DNA of 18,119 nucleotides from assembly GCA_046754465.1 (NCBI GenBank), contig JBHHVU010000061.1, positions 1-18,119 on the forward strand, in the 5' to 3' direction. Shown in pieces: positions 6,657 through 15,921 of the stretch. The stretch is from Nitrospinaceae bacterium (GTDB lineage Bacteria > Nitrospinota > Nitrospinia > Nitrospinales > VA-1). A program made the translations under genes and the position numbers. Every line of letters starts with the position of its first letter. Positions within the stretch are counted from its first letter, which is position 1. A model generated the notes under the pieces. That model was given only the letters and a program-made list of their open reading frames with translations. It was not told the DNA's origin and ran no database searches.

Positions 6657-9359
6657 ATGCAAATCCGTGAAATACATATCGAAGGGTTCGGAATCTTTGC
6701 CAAGCAACATATCACCGGCTTGACCTCCGGACTCAACGTCATCCTCGGCGCCAACGAGGCGGGGAAAACCACGCTGATGGAATTCATCCGCAGGATCCTG
6801 TTCGGGTGTCCCCGCAAGGGACAGGGGGTCAACCCTTACCCGGCCCTGAACGGCGGCGTTCATGGCGGCAGGCTGATCTGTCAAACAACCCGGGGGGAAG
6901 CAGTCTCCATCGACCGCGTCTGGACTCCCAGGGATAAAGTGACCGTCACCACGGGACAGGAAAGCCGGGAGGGACAAGCCGCCCTGGACGAACTCCTCGG
7001 GCATGCCTCCGCCAATCTGTATAAAAACATTTATGCCTTCAGCCTCGACGAGCTTCAAAGTTTCAATTCGTTGAATGAAGATGAGATCAAGCACCGACTT
7101 TATGGAACTGAATTGGGGCTGGGAAACATCTCCCTGAAAGCGGTGGAAAAGGACTTCAATGACCGCTGTGATGATTTGTTCAAACCCAGGGCGTCCACAA
7201 AAATCATGAATGCCCTGCTGAAGGATATAAAAACAAGGGAAGAGGACATCCGGGAAATTCAGAAAGGGATGAAGCGGTACGGCGAATTGACCGGCACCCT
7301 CGAAAAATTGGAAAAGGAAAACGCCGGTCTGGAAAAAGAACTGCAATCCCTGGCATCGAGAAAACGGGAATTGGAGACGCAAAAGGATTTGTTCGGGGAC
7401 GTCAGCGATCTTTCAAGCTCCATGGAGGAACTGGACCGGATGGAGGATATCTCCCGTTTCCCGGAAAACGGCCTGCAGTCCCTGGAATTGATAAAGGTTC
7501 AGTTGCGGGATTTGAAAAAACAACTGGAGGAAGAGGAGTCCGCCCTGAAGAACCTGGAAATTGACCGGGCGGCGTTATCAGTGAATGAATTCCTTCTTGC
7601 CCGGGAAAGCGACGTGGTGGTCCTCCAGCAATCCACGAAGTCGGTGCAATCGGCCATCCAGGATCAGGTCAAGGTTCAGCAGGAAAAAAGTCAACTGGAA
7701 GAACAGATCCGCGGCGGCTTGCGCGATCTTGGAGAGGAATGGACCGAGGAAAGGGTCCTCGCCTTGAACTTCAATCAATCCCGGCGAAATGAAGTCCAGA
7801 CCTTTCAAGAAACGCTTTCCGCGCTGGACCGGGAAACCGCGCGGGCCAGGGACCAACTGGACTACCACCGGGAACAGCGGGCCGCGGAACTTTCCACTGG
7901 CTGGAACGTACCCGGCTGGTTGAAAATATTTTCCAGCGTCCTGACTGCGATCTCACTGGGAGGCCTGGCCTGGGGCTGGGGGGTGACGAATGTTCCCCTG
8001 ATGGCCGGGTCGGCTCTGGTTTTGGTGGTCAGCTTGCTCATGCTCTTCATGACGGTGACGCAAAATCGCGCCTTCCTCAAGGAAGACCTCAAGGAAAAAG
8101 ACCTGCGGGAACGCCTCAAGCGCGCCCAGGACGACCGGGAAAAGAAACGGGAAGCATGGCGGACCTGGCTGGCGGCCGCCGCGCTGAACGAGGAATTGCA
8201 ACCGGCGCAAACCGAAAAACTGGGAAGCGTTATCCGTGAAATCCAGGGACTGATCCGGCAAAGAAGCCTGGTGGAACAACGGATCCGGGAAATGCGGGAA
8301 TCGGAGGAAGCCGTCATCCAGCGGATTAGAAATATTGAAACCACCCTGGATGGGGCCTCTCTGACCGGGGATATTCCGGCCAACATAGAAATCATCCACC
8401 GGCTTTTCGACAAGGCGCGGGAAAACCGGGACCGCAAGCTTCATCTCGCCCAACAGATCGGACCCCGGACCGAAAAAATCGGCCGGTTGAAAAAAAGTAT
8501 GCGGGATAGTGAGCAAGCGTTGGACCGGTTGATCCAAAAAGCCGGCGCCAGGGACGAAGAGGATTTCCGCCGCAAACACGCCCTCCTTGAAAAACGCCGG
8601 GCCCTGATAAAACACATCGGGGAAAAACGGGGTCTCATCGAGTCCAGGGTGGGACTCGGTGCCCTATTCGGCCGGTTCATCGAAACCCTGCAAGAGACTT
8701 CGCCAGATACCATCCACAGGAAACTGGAAGAGGTTACCTCTCAACTCAAGGACTTGACTGAGCGGAAGGACCAGCGGCATGAAGAAATCGGGGCGATCCG
8801 GAAGGAAATCGAACAACTCGCCAACAACGACGACCTCCTGGTAAAACAGGGGGACCTGGAAATCGCGAAACAAAAACTGCGCCGGTGCGGCAGGGAATGG
8901 GCGGCTTCCAAACTGGCCTTGACCCTGTTGAAACTCACCAGGAACAAATATGAAAAAGAACGGCAGCCCGCCGTGGTCCAGGCCGCGGAGAGGGTATTCA
9001 CTCAAATCACCGCGGGGAACTACCGGAAAATCTTCAAACCTCTCGACAGCGAGGAGGTGCGGATAGTAAACGGGGCAGGCCGGCAAAAGGCCCTGACCGA
9101 ACTGAGCCGGGGAACCCGCGAGCAGCTTTACCTGAGCATGCGGTTCGGCCTGATTGAAGAGTATGAATCCCGTTCGGAACCTCTTCCCATCATCATGGAT
9201 GATGTGTTCGTGAATTTTGACGATGCCAGGAAATCGCGGATGATGGAACTTCTCCCCCAATTCGCCGCCTCCCGGCAAATCATCGTTCTGACCTGCCACC
9301 AATCCTCATTCGAGACCTATTTAAGGGCCGGCGCTACGGAAATCAGGCTCCCTTCCTGA
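6657..9359 (+). CDS. Rad50/SbcC-like ABC ATPase with long coiled coil (YhaN/AAA_27 family), 900 aa
   Basis: Start at ATG 6657 (MQIREIHIEGFG); Walker A GANEAGKTT; long heptad region; signature LSRGTREQ, Walker B/D-loop IIMDDVFVNFD, H-loop LTCH; directly follows the YhaO-like gene. Confidence 0.9.
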   Translation: MQIREIHIEGFGIFAKQHITGLTSGLNVILGANEAGKTTLMEFIRRILFGCPRKGQGVNPYPALNGGVHGGRLICQTTRGEAVSIDRVWTPRDKVTVTTGQESREGQAALDELLGHASANLYKNIYAFSLDELQSFNSLNEDEIKHRLYGTELGLGNISLKAVEKDFNDRCDDLFKPRASTKIMNALLKDIKTREEDIREIQKGMKRYGELTGTLEKLEKENAGLEKELQSLASRKRELETQKDLFGDVSDLSSSMEELDRMEDISRFPENGLQSLELIKVQLRDLKKQLEEEESALKNLEIDRAALSVNEFLLARESDVVVLQQSTKSVQSAIQDQVKVQQEKSQLEEQIRGGLRDLGEEWTEERVLALNFNQSRRNEVQTFQETLSALDRETARARDQLDYHREQRAAELSTGWNVPGWLKIFSSVLTAISLGGLAWGWGVTNVPLMAGSALVLVVSLLMLFMTVTQNRAFLKEDLKEKDLRERLKRAQDDREKKREAWRTWLAAAALNEELQPAQTEKLGSVIREIQGLIRQRSLVEQRIREMRESEEAVIQRIRNIETTLDGASLTGDIPANIEIIHRLFDKARENRDRKLHLAQQIGPRTEKIGRLKKSMRDSEQALDRLIQKAGARDEEDFRRKHALLEKRRALIKHIGEKRGLIESRVGLGALFGRFIETLQETSPDTIHRKLEEVTSQLKDLTERKDQRHEEIGAIRKEIEQLANNDDLLVKQGDLEIAKQKLRRCGREWAASKLALTLLKLTRNKYEKERQPAVVQAAERVFTQITAGNYRKIFKPLDSEEVRIVNGAGRQKALTELSRGTREQLYLSMRFGLIEEYESRSEPLPIIMDDVFVNFDDARKSRMMELLPQFAASRQIIVLTCHQSSFETYLRAGATEIRLPS

Positions 9360-9398
9360 AAAATTTCACCACTCCAAAAAGACCGCGTAAAAAAATCC

Positions 9399-9444
9399 TT
9401 GCTTTTGGTAAATATTTAATAGAATATTCATTATTCAATATTCA
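9399..9444. promoter_or_regulatory. Candidate TetR operator and promoter region
   Basis: AT-rich; inverted repeat GAATATT-N8-AATATTC (9422-9443), palindrome TAAATATTTA (9409-9418), possible TTGCTT (9399-9404) and TAGAAT (9420-9425) with a short 15 nt spacer. Confidence 0.5.
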
Positions 9445-9456
9445 CACCCAAGCCCC

Positions 9457-10056
9457 ATGAAAATTACCGAACAGGCCACAGAAAGCATAAAAAATCAAAT
9501 ACTCGACGCCGCCTTTGAACGGTTCGGCATCTACGGATATGGCAAAACCACCATGGCGGAGATTGCCAGGGACTGCGACATGTCCGCGGGAAATCTTTAC
9601 CGGTATTACACCAATAAAACAGAGATCGGCGCCGCCTGCGCGGAGCGGTGCATGAAGACATCGGAAGGGTTATGGCGGGATATTTTGAAACAACCGGGGC
9701 GGTCGTGTTCGCAGCGTCTGGAAGCATTTGTTCTCGAAAAACTGCATTATCTTCACAAGCAGTTTTCCCAGCATCCGCCGCTTTTTGAGCTGGTGATGGT
9801 CATTTCCCGGGAACGCCGCGACTTGGTGTCACGCCACATCGCGGTGCAGAAATCCCTCATCGCCGAGGTCCTGGCGCAAGGAAACGCCAGCGGCCGGTTT
9901 CACGTGCCGAATATCGCGGAGTCCGCCGACACGATTCTCGCGGCCACCACCCGGTTTATTTCTCCTCACTTCATGGAGATGTTTCCCCTGGCCCAATTGG
10001 AGCGGGAGGCGAAAAAGGTGGTGAAATTGCTGATGAAGGGGCTGGAGAAGAAGTGA
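9457..10056 (+). CDS. TetR/AcrR-family transcriptional regulator, 199 aa
   Basis: N-terminal HTH ILDAAFERFGIYGYGKTTMAEIARDCDMSAGNLYRYYTNK. Confidence 0.95.
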   Translation: MKITEQATESIKNQILDAAFERFGIYGYGKTTMAEIARDCDMSAGNLYRYYTNKTEIGAACAERCMKTSEGLWRDILKQPGRSCSQRLEAFVLEKLHYLHKQFSQHPPLFELVMVISRERRDLVSRHIAVQKSLIAEVLAQGNASGRFHVPNIAESADTILAATTRFISPHFMEMFPLAQLEREAKKVVKLLMKGLEKK

Positions 10057-10113
10057 ATTTATCCATCCCCGTAAATACTTCAACGCACCTTAAAAATTTT
10101 CTAATGACCTGAC

Positions 10114-12477
10114 ATGCAAAAACCTGGTTACGGGAACTGGGTGATCCGGAACCGCTGGTGGATCATCCTCGGCACTTTATTGATCGTGGCAGCCGCGGCG
10201 AGCGGCCTGCGGTTTCTGACCTTCTCCAGCGATTACCGCGTTTTTTTCAGCAAGGAAAATCCCCAGTTGCAGGCGTTCGAAACGCTGCAAAAAACCTATA
10301 CCAAGAATGACAACGCCATGATGGTCCTTGTCCCAAGGGACGGCCGCGTCTTCAGCCGGAAGACCCTGGCGGCGGTGGAGGAAGTGACCCGGGCCTTCTG
10401 GCAGATCCCTTATTCCATCCGCGTGGATTCCGTCACCAACTTCCAGTACACCTGGGCCGACGGTGACGACCTGGTGGTTCAGGACCTGGCAGAGGACGCG
10501 CTTGAATTTTCCGACGCCCGGCTGGAAAAGGTCAAGCGGGTCGCCCTGGCCGAACCGCTCCTCCTCAACCGTCTCATCGATCCAGCCGCGAGCGTGACGG
10601 CGGTGAACGCGACCGTTCACCTGCCGGGGAAATCCATCGGCGAAACCACCGAGGTGGTCACCTTTCTCCGCGGTCTCGCGAAAGAGTTCCGGGAAAAGCA
10701 TCCCGATATCGACGTTTACTTGACCGGCGTGATGTTCATGAACAGCGCGTTCACCGAAGCGGGACAGGGTGACATGCAGACCCTGGTTCCCGTTATGTAC
10801 CTGCTCGTCATCGTGATCATGATGCTGGTGCTGCGGTCTTTTTGGGCCACCCTCGCGACGGTATTGGTCATCCTGTTTTCCATCCTCACCGCGATGGGTC
10901 TCGCGGGTTGGATGGGAATCAGCCTCACCCCGGTATCGGCCAACGCCCCGACGATCATTCTCACCTTGGGGGTGGCGGACAGTATTCACCTCCTGGTCAC
11001 CCTGTTCCACGAGATGCGCGCGGGAAAGGGAAAGAGGGAAGCGATTGTGGAGTCGCTGCGCATCAACCACCAACCCGTTTTCATCACCAGCCTGACCACG
11101 GCGATTGGATTCCTGAGCCTGAATTTCGGCGATTCCCCCCCCTTCTGGCATCTGGGCAACATCGTCGCCATCGGGGTGATGGCGGCCTATGGTTTTTCCG
11201 TCTGTTTCCTGCCCGCGGCGGTTGCGGTGCTTCCCTTGAATGCTCGGGGCCGGAGCGAGGCCCGCGTGATATTCTTGGACCGGCTGGCGGATTTTGTCAT
11301 TCGACACCAAAACCGGCTTTATTGGGGCTTGTTGGCGACAATCATCCTCATCGCAGTGCAGATTCCCCGAATTGAAATCGACGAAAAATTCAACGAATAT
11401 TTTGACACACGCTACCAGTTCCGCAACGACAACGATTTCGTCGTCGATCACCTCACGGGGTTTTTCTCCATCAGTTATTCCCTCGGCGCCGGGGAATCCG
11501 GCGGTATCAGCAATCCGCGATACCTGGAAACCCTGGACCGGTTCGCGCAATGGTACCGCCGGCAGCCGGGGGTGATGTATGTGAACACCCTGACCGACAC
11601 CATGAAACGCCTGAACAAGAACATGCACAACGACGACCCGGCTTATTACCGGCTGCCCGATCAACGGGAATTGTCCGCCCAGTACCTGCTGCTGTATGAA
11701 CTCTCGCTGCCCTTCGGCCTGGACCTGAACAACCAGATCAACATCGACAAATCGTCCACCCGGTTCACCGCGATCCTGGAAAGCATTTCCACCCGGGCGG
11801 CGCTGGACCTGGAAGAGCGGGCGCAGGCCTGGCTGAAAGCGAACGCCCCGCCGGAAATGGCCTCGCACGGCGCCAGTCCGCTGATCATGTTTTCCCACAT
11901 CACCCTGCGCAATCTAAAAAACATGATGACGGGAACGGTCATCGCCCTGCTGTTGATTTCCGGGATTCTCATGGCGGTGCTGGGCAGCTTCAAGCTCGGA
12001 TTCGTCAGCATGATCCCCAACCTGGCCCCGGTGTTCGTGACGTTTGGGCTGTGGGGAATTCTTTTTCACAAGATCGGATTCGCTGTGGCGGTGGCGGCGC
12101 CGGTGGCCATTGGAATCATCGTGGACGACACCGTGCATTTTTTGATCAAATATTTGCGCGCCCGGCGGGAGTTGGGGAAGAGCCCCGAGGACGCCGTCCG
12201 CTATTCCTTTCACACGGTGGGAACGGCGCTCTGGGTGACCTCGCTCATCCTGGTGGCCGGGTTCATGGTCCTTTCGTATTCCGGGTTCACCATGAATTCC
12301 CATTTGGGCCTCATGACGACGTTTTCGATCATCGTTGCCCTGATCGCAGACTTTTTCTTTCTGCCGCCCCTGCTGATGAAGATCGATCCGGACCCGTCGA
12401 AGGGGGCCGAAACGGAGAGCGTGGGTTTTCCCGCTTCGGCGGGCACGGCCGCGGAAGAGGCCTCGGGAGCGGAATAG
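10114..12477 (+). CDS. MMPL-family RND transporter, 787 aa
   Basis: Two repeats of TM, periplasmic domain and 5 TMs; proton-relay motifs LGVADSIH and GIIVDDTVHF; TSLTTAIGF and TSLILVAGF helices. Confidence 0.9.
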   Translation: MQKPGYGNWVIRNRWWIILGTLLIVAAAASGLRFLTFSSDYRVFFSKENPQLQAFETLQKTYTKNDNAMMVLVPRDGRVFSRKTLAAVEEVTRAFWQIPYSIRVDSVTNFQYTWADGDDLVVQDLAEDALEFSDARLEKVKRVALAEPLLLNRLIDPAASVTAVNATVHLPGKSIGETTEVVTFLRGLAKEFREKHPDIDVYLTGVMFMNSAFTEAGQGDMQTLVPVMYLLVIVIMMLVLRSFWATLATVLVILFSILTAMGLAGWMGISLTPVSANAPTIILTLGVADSIHLLVTLFHEMRAGKGKREAIVESLRINHQPVFITSLTTAIGFLSLNFGDSPPFWHLGNIVAIGVMAAYGFSVCFLPAAVAVLPLNARGRSEARVIFLDRLADFVIRHQNRLYWGLLATIILIAVQIPRIEIDEKFNEYFDTRYQFRNDNDFVVDHLTGFFSISYSLGAGESGGISNPRYLETLDRFAQWYRRQPGVMYVNTLTDTMKRLNKNMHNDDPAYYRLPDQRELSAQYLLLYELSLPFGLDLNNQINIDKSSTRFTAILESISTRAALDLEERAQAWLKANAPPEMASHGASPLIMFSHITLRNLKNMMTGTVIALLLISGILMAVLGSFKLGFVSMIPNLAPVFVTFGLWGILFHKIGFAVAVAAPVAIGIIVDDTVHFLIKYLRARRELGKSPEDAVRYSFHTVGTALWVTSLILVAGFMVLSYSGFTMNSHLGLMTTFSIIVALIADFFFLPPLLMKIDPDPSKGAETESVGFPASAGTAAEEASGAE

Positions 12478-12530
12478 GCCGCACCGGCAAATCGATTTCA
12501 CCCACCTTTGAGCCGACAGGAGGCGTCACC

Positions 12531-13316
12531 ATGTTACGATTGATACTGATTCTGGCCCTTGTGGGCTTCTTGTTTCCGAAACCCGCATCGGCCGTGACCC
12601 CCGAGGAAAAGGGGTTGGCCATCGCCGTCGAGGACGACCGGCGGGACAACGGATTCGATGATTTTACCGCCCACATGGTCATGATTCTGAAAAACCGCCA
12701 GGGAGAGGAAAGCACCCGGCACATAAGAAACCGGACCCTGGAAGTCAAGGGCGATGGCGATAAATCACTGGTAATTTTTGACCGGCCCCGCGATGTGAAG
12801 GGGACGGCCCTCCTCAACTTCACCCATAAAACCGGCAACGACGATCAATGGCTTTACCTGCCCGCCTTGAAACGGGTCAAACGGATCAGTTCCGCGAACA
12901 AATCCGGGTCGTTCATGGGAAGCGAATTCGCCTACGAGGACGTCACCAGCCAAGAGGTGGAAAAATACACCTATAAATGGATCCGCGATGAAACCCTGAA
13001 CGGCCTGGAGTGTTTTGTCCTCGAACGTGTCCCGACGTACAAACACTCCGGGTATACCCGTCAGGTGGTCTGGCTTGAAAAAGCGGAGTACCGGATACAC
13101 AAGATCGAATATTACGACCGCAAAAAATCCCTCCTTAAAACACTCACCTACAAAGGATACAAAAAATATCTCGACCGCTACTGGTATCCCGGCGAAATGT
13201 TCATGGTGAACCATCAAACCGGGAAAAACACGCTTTTGATCTGGTCGGATTACCAGTTTCGCAACGGTTTGAAGGATAAGGATTTTAACCGGAACAGCCT
13301 GAAACGGGCCCGGTAG
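12531..13316 (+). CDS. Outer-membrane lipoprotein-sorting (LolA-like) periplasmic protein, 261 aa
   Basis: SD AGGAGG at 12518-12523 before ATG 12531; signal peptide; PRDVKGTALL, DDQWLYLPALKRVKRI and SFMGSEFAYED motifs characteristic of the LolA-like family found next to MMPL genes. Confidence 0.88.
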   Translation: MLRLILILALVGFLFPKPASAVTPEEKGLAIAVEDDRRDNGFDDFTAHMVMILKNRQGEESTRHIRNRTLEVKGDGDKSLVIFDRPRDVKGTALLNFTHKTGNDDQWLYLPALKRVKRISSANKSGSFMGSEFAYEDVTSQEVEKYTYKWIRDETLNGLECFVLERVPTYKHSGYTRQVVWLEKAEYRIHKIEYYDRKKSLLKTLTYKGYKKYLDRYWYPGEMFMVNHQTGKNTLLIWSDYQFRNGLKDKDFNRNSLKRAR

Positions 13317-13321
13317 GTTGC

Positions 13322-14557
13322 ATGCGCAAGGAATCCCACGGAATTCTTCGGGACCCCTCCGGCCGCTTGAACCGCCTTTTTCTGTTTCTCCTGGCTTGCC
13401 TTTCCCTTTCGGCATCCGGCGCGGCGGGACACGAACTGTCCGGATTCGTGGGAATGGAGGCCCGGCTTTTCGCCAACAGCGCCATCCACCGGGATCAGCA
13501 AGATCAGTCCGCTTCCCTGGTGGCGCAGCCGGAGTATTATCATGAATGGAAGGGGGGCAGCAGTTTCACCTTTGTTCCTTTTTACCGGCTCGACAGCGCC
13601 GACCCGGAACGTACCCATTTCGACCTGCGTGAAATGAACTTCCTCTGGCTGGCCGAGGATTTTGAATTGCGCGCCGGGGTCGGGAAGGTATTCTGGGGGG
13701 TCACCGAAGTCGTGCATCTGGTGGATATCATCAACCAGACCGACCTGGTGGAAAACGTGGATACCGAGGACAAGCTGGGCCAGCCGATGATCAACCTGTC
13801 CGTTGCCAGGGATTGGGGCACCTTGGACCTGTTCTTCCTGCCCTTTTTTCGGGAACAGACTTTTCCCGGCCGGCGCGGACGCCTGCGCTCCGCGGCGACC
13901 GTTGATACTAACCGCACCCTGTTTGAAAGTCCGGCGAAAGAATGGAATAGCGACTGGGCCTTCCGGTACAGTCACTCCATCGAGGATGTGGATATCGGTC
14001 TGTACCATTTCGTGGGCACCGGGCGGGAACCCACGTTGCTTCCCGGCACCGACGGCGACGGAAACCCCATCCTCATCCCTTTTTACGAACAAATCAACCA
14101 GACCGGACTGGATCTCTCCTACGTGGCGGGGGAATGGTTGTGGAAGCTGGAGGCTCTGTTTCGCGCCGGTCAGGGGGATGAGGACTTTTTTTCCGCCACT
14201 GGGGGTTTCGAATACACCTTCACCCGAATCTTCGATACCGCCATGGACGTTGGGGTGCTTCTGGAAGGCATTTTTGACCAGCGGGGAGAACGGGCCACCA
14301 CGGAATTTGAACACGATATCGCCTTCGGGCTGCGCTGGACCCGCAACGATGCCGCCAGCACCGAAGCCCTGTTCGGATGGGTCCAGGATGTGAAAACCAA
14401 CGCCCGGTTCCTGTTCCTGGAAACCAGCAGGCGATTCGGGGACCACTGGAAATTGAACCTTGAAATTCGCGCCTTTTTGAGTCAACCTGCGGACGACCTT
14501 CTATTCGATCAGCGGGCCGACGACCTGATGCAACTGGAACTCTATTATTTTTTCTGA
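13322..14557 (+). CDS. Putative outer-membrane beta-barrel protein, 411 aa
   Basis: Signal peptide, alternating amphipathic strands, GKVFWG and DIINQTD motifs, C-terminal LELYYFF BAM-type signal; position after MMPL and LolA-like genes. Confidence 0.75.
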   Translation: MRKESHGILRDPSGRLNRLFLFLLACLSLSASGAAGHELSGFVGMEARLFANSAIHRDQQDQSASLVAQPEYYHEWKGGSSFTFVPFYRLDSADPERTHFDLREMNFLWLAEDFELRAGVGKVFWGVTEVVHLVDIINQTDLVENVDTEDKLGQPMINLSVARDWGTLDLFFLPFFREQTFPGRRGRLRSAATVDTNRTLFESPAKEWNSDWAFRYSHSIEDVDIGLYHFVGTGREPTLLPGTDGDGNPILIPFYEQINQTGLDLSYVAGEWLWKLEALFRAGQGDEDFFSATGGFEYTFTRIFDTAMDVGVLLEGIFDQRGERATTEFEHDIAFGLRWTRNDAASTEALFGWVQDVKTNARFLFLETSRRFGDHWKLNLEIRAFLSQPADDLLFDQRADDLMQLELYYFF

Positions 14558-14588
14558 ATACCATCCATCACCTGAGGTTATCGATTTA

Positions 14589-15914
14589 ATGAACTCTTCG
14601 CTGCTCCTCCGGATCCTCATCCTGATTTCCGCGCTTCTCGTGAGCGGGGCCGGGAGCCCGGCCGCCTTGGCCTCTCCCGGAGCTTTCAATGAACTGCTTG
14701 AGGAAAAGGCCCTTCTGCAGAAAAAGTACGGGGTCGAAACATTGGAATGCTTCCCCTTCATTAAGAACATCGGCTTTACGGAGGATCAAGGACCCCTGAT
14801 CGAGCATTGCCTGGCCGGGGCGCGGACGTTGGGACGGGCTCTCGCCAAAATCCCAGGCGCGGAGTATCGCATTATAGGACTCAGCACACAGTTTTTGCGG
14901 ACTGGCGGGTTTCACACCGTTCTCGTGCCTTGGGATGCCTCCGAGGAGAAAATGATCCGGTTCCTGAGCCTGAACTTGTCCCAGGAAGAAAGAGAACGGT
15001 TCCTGGATAAAATTTATTCCCTGAAACGGACCATCCTAAAAAAGATCCCGGTCAACCAACTGTACTGCACGATGGAAATTTCCAACAAGCAGTGTTTGCT
15101 GGGCTATCAAAACCTCTCGGGCGCTGCCTCCCAGGCCGGATCCTTGAAAATCAAATGGAGGAATATCCTTGTCACCCGGCGTCATGTCCGCCAGCAGGAT
15201 CCCTATTCCCTGGCGTTGGGCTTCGATCAATCCCCCCCGGAAATGCTGAAGGTTTTGAAGAAAGGTCCGGACAAGCAGTGGTCGGTCCGCAAACAGGTCT
15301 ACGATAATATCCGCACTCAGTACGGTCAGGCCTTCAAGGAACGGCTGCAACTGGAAAATTTTTTCTGCGCTCCGGACCTTTCGGAGGAGGAATGCGAAAC
15401 CGGAGCCTCCCACCTGTTCGAGGCCAGCGAAAACGACTCCCTGCAGGAAAAGTTCTGGGGAAAGGTGATCTTTGACCGGTTCAACACCATCATCCATGAC
15501 GATTTCAACGTCAGCATCCGGTACGACTTGCCGGCCCGGGAAATCGTCCGGCGCCTGTCCGCAAAACCCACACGCCAGGAGGCCACCCGCAACTCCCTGA
15601 TGGCCGAAAAACTCGAAAGACGATCGAAAAACAACCACGCCCATCTACGCGGGGTGTGCGACCTGGACGGACTGCGCTCGGCCCTCTGCGCCAAGGCATT
15701 CCAGAATTTCATCACCTTCCTGGAAAATAACCGCGACTACCGGGTGGCCCGGCCCTGGACCGACCTGATGTTCGTGGACGGCATGCAATTGTCAAGGGTG
15801 AACTTCGCGCTCAATTCCTCGTCGCGGAAGACTTATATCTATATCGACGCCAACAGCAGCCAGAAACAATTCGAGGAGTATCTGAAAAAATTCGCGGGAC
15901 GCGGGCCGGACTGA
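14589..15914 (+). CDS. Secreted hypothetical protein with four ~100-aa Cys-pair repeats, 441 aa
   Basis: Signal peptide ending PAALA; SD-like GAGG upstream; fills the gap exactly to the fliW stop; 8 Cys arranged as 4 pairs. Confidence 0.8.
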   Translation: MNSSLLLRILILISALLVSGAGSPAALASPGAFNELLEEKALLQKKYGVETLECFPFIKNIGFTEDQGPLIEHCLAGARTLGRALAKIPGAEYRIIGLSTQFLRTGGFHTVLVPWDASEEKMIRFLSLNLSQEERERFLDKIYSLKRTILKKIPVNQLYCTMEISNKQCLLGYQNLSGAASQAGSLKIKWRNILVTRRHVRQQDPYSLALGFDQSPPEMLKVLKKGPDKQWSVRKQVYDNIRTQYGQAFKERLQLENFFCAPDLSEEECETGASHLFEASENDSLQEKFWGKVIFDRFNTIIHDDFNVSIRYDLPAREIVRRLSAKPTRQEATRNSLMAEKLERRSKNNHAHLRGVCDLDGLRSALCAKAFQNFITFLENNRDYRVARPWTDLMFVDGMQLSRVNFALNSSSRKTYIYIDANSSQKQFEEYLKKFAGRGPD

Positions 15915-15921
15915 CCGGCGG

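Noticed and set aside
10177..11898. 573-aa antisense ORF (and similar ones at 1454-2452, 5506-6294, 6513-7382, 13250-14485)
   Set aside because: Antisense shadows of well-supported high-GC genes; no recognisable motifs.
12051..12530. 160-aa extension of the LolA-like ORF, suggesting a frameshift fusion with MMPL
   Set aside because: Overlaps the complete MMPL gene; a strong SD and signal peptide define the start at 12531.
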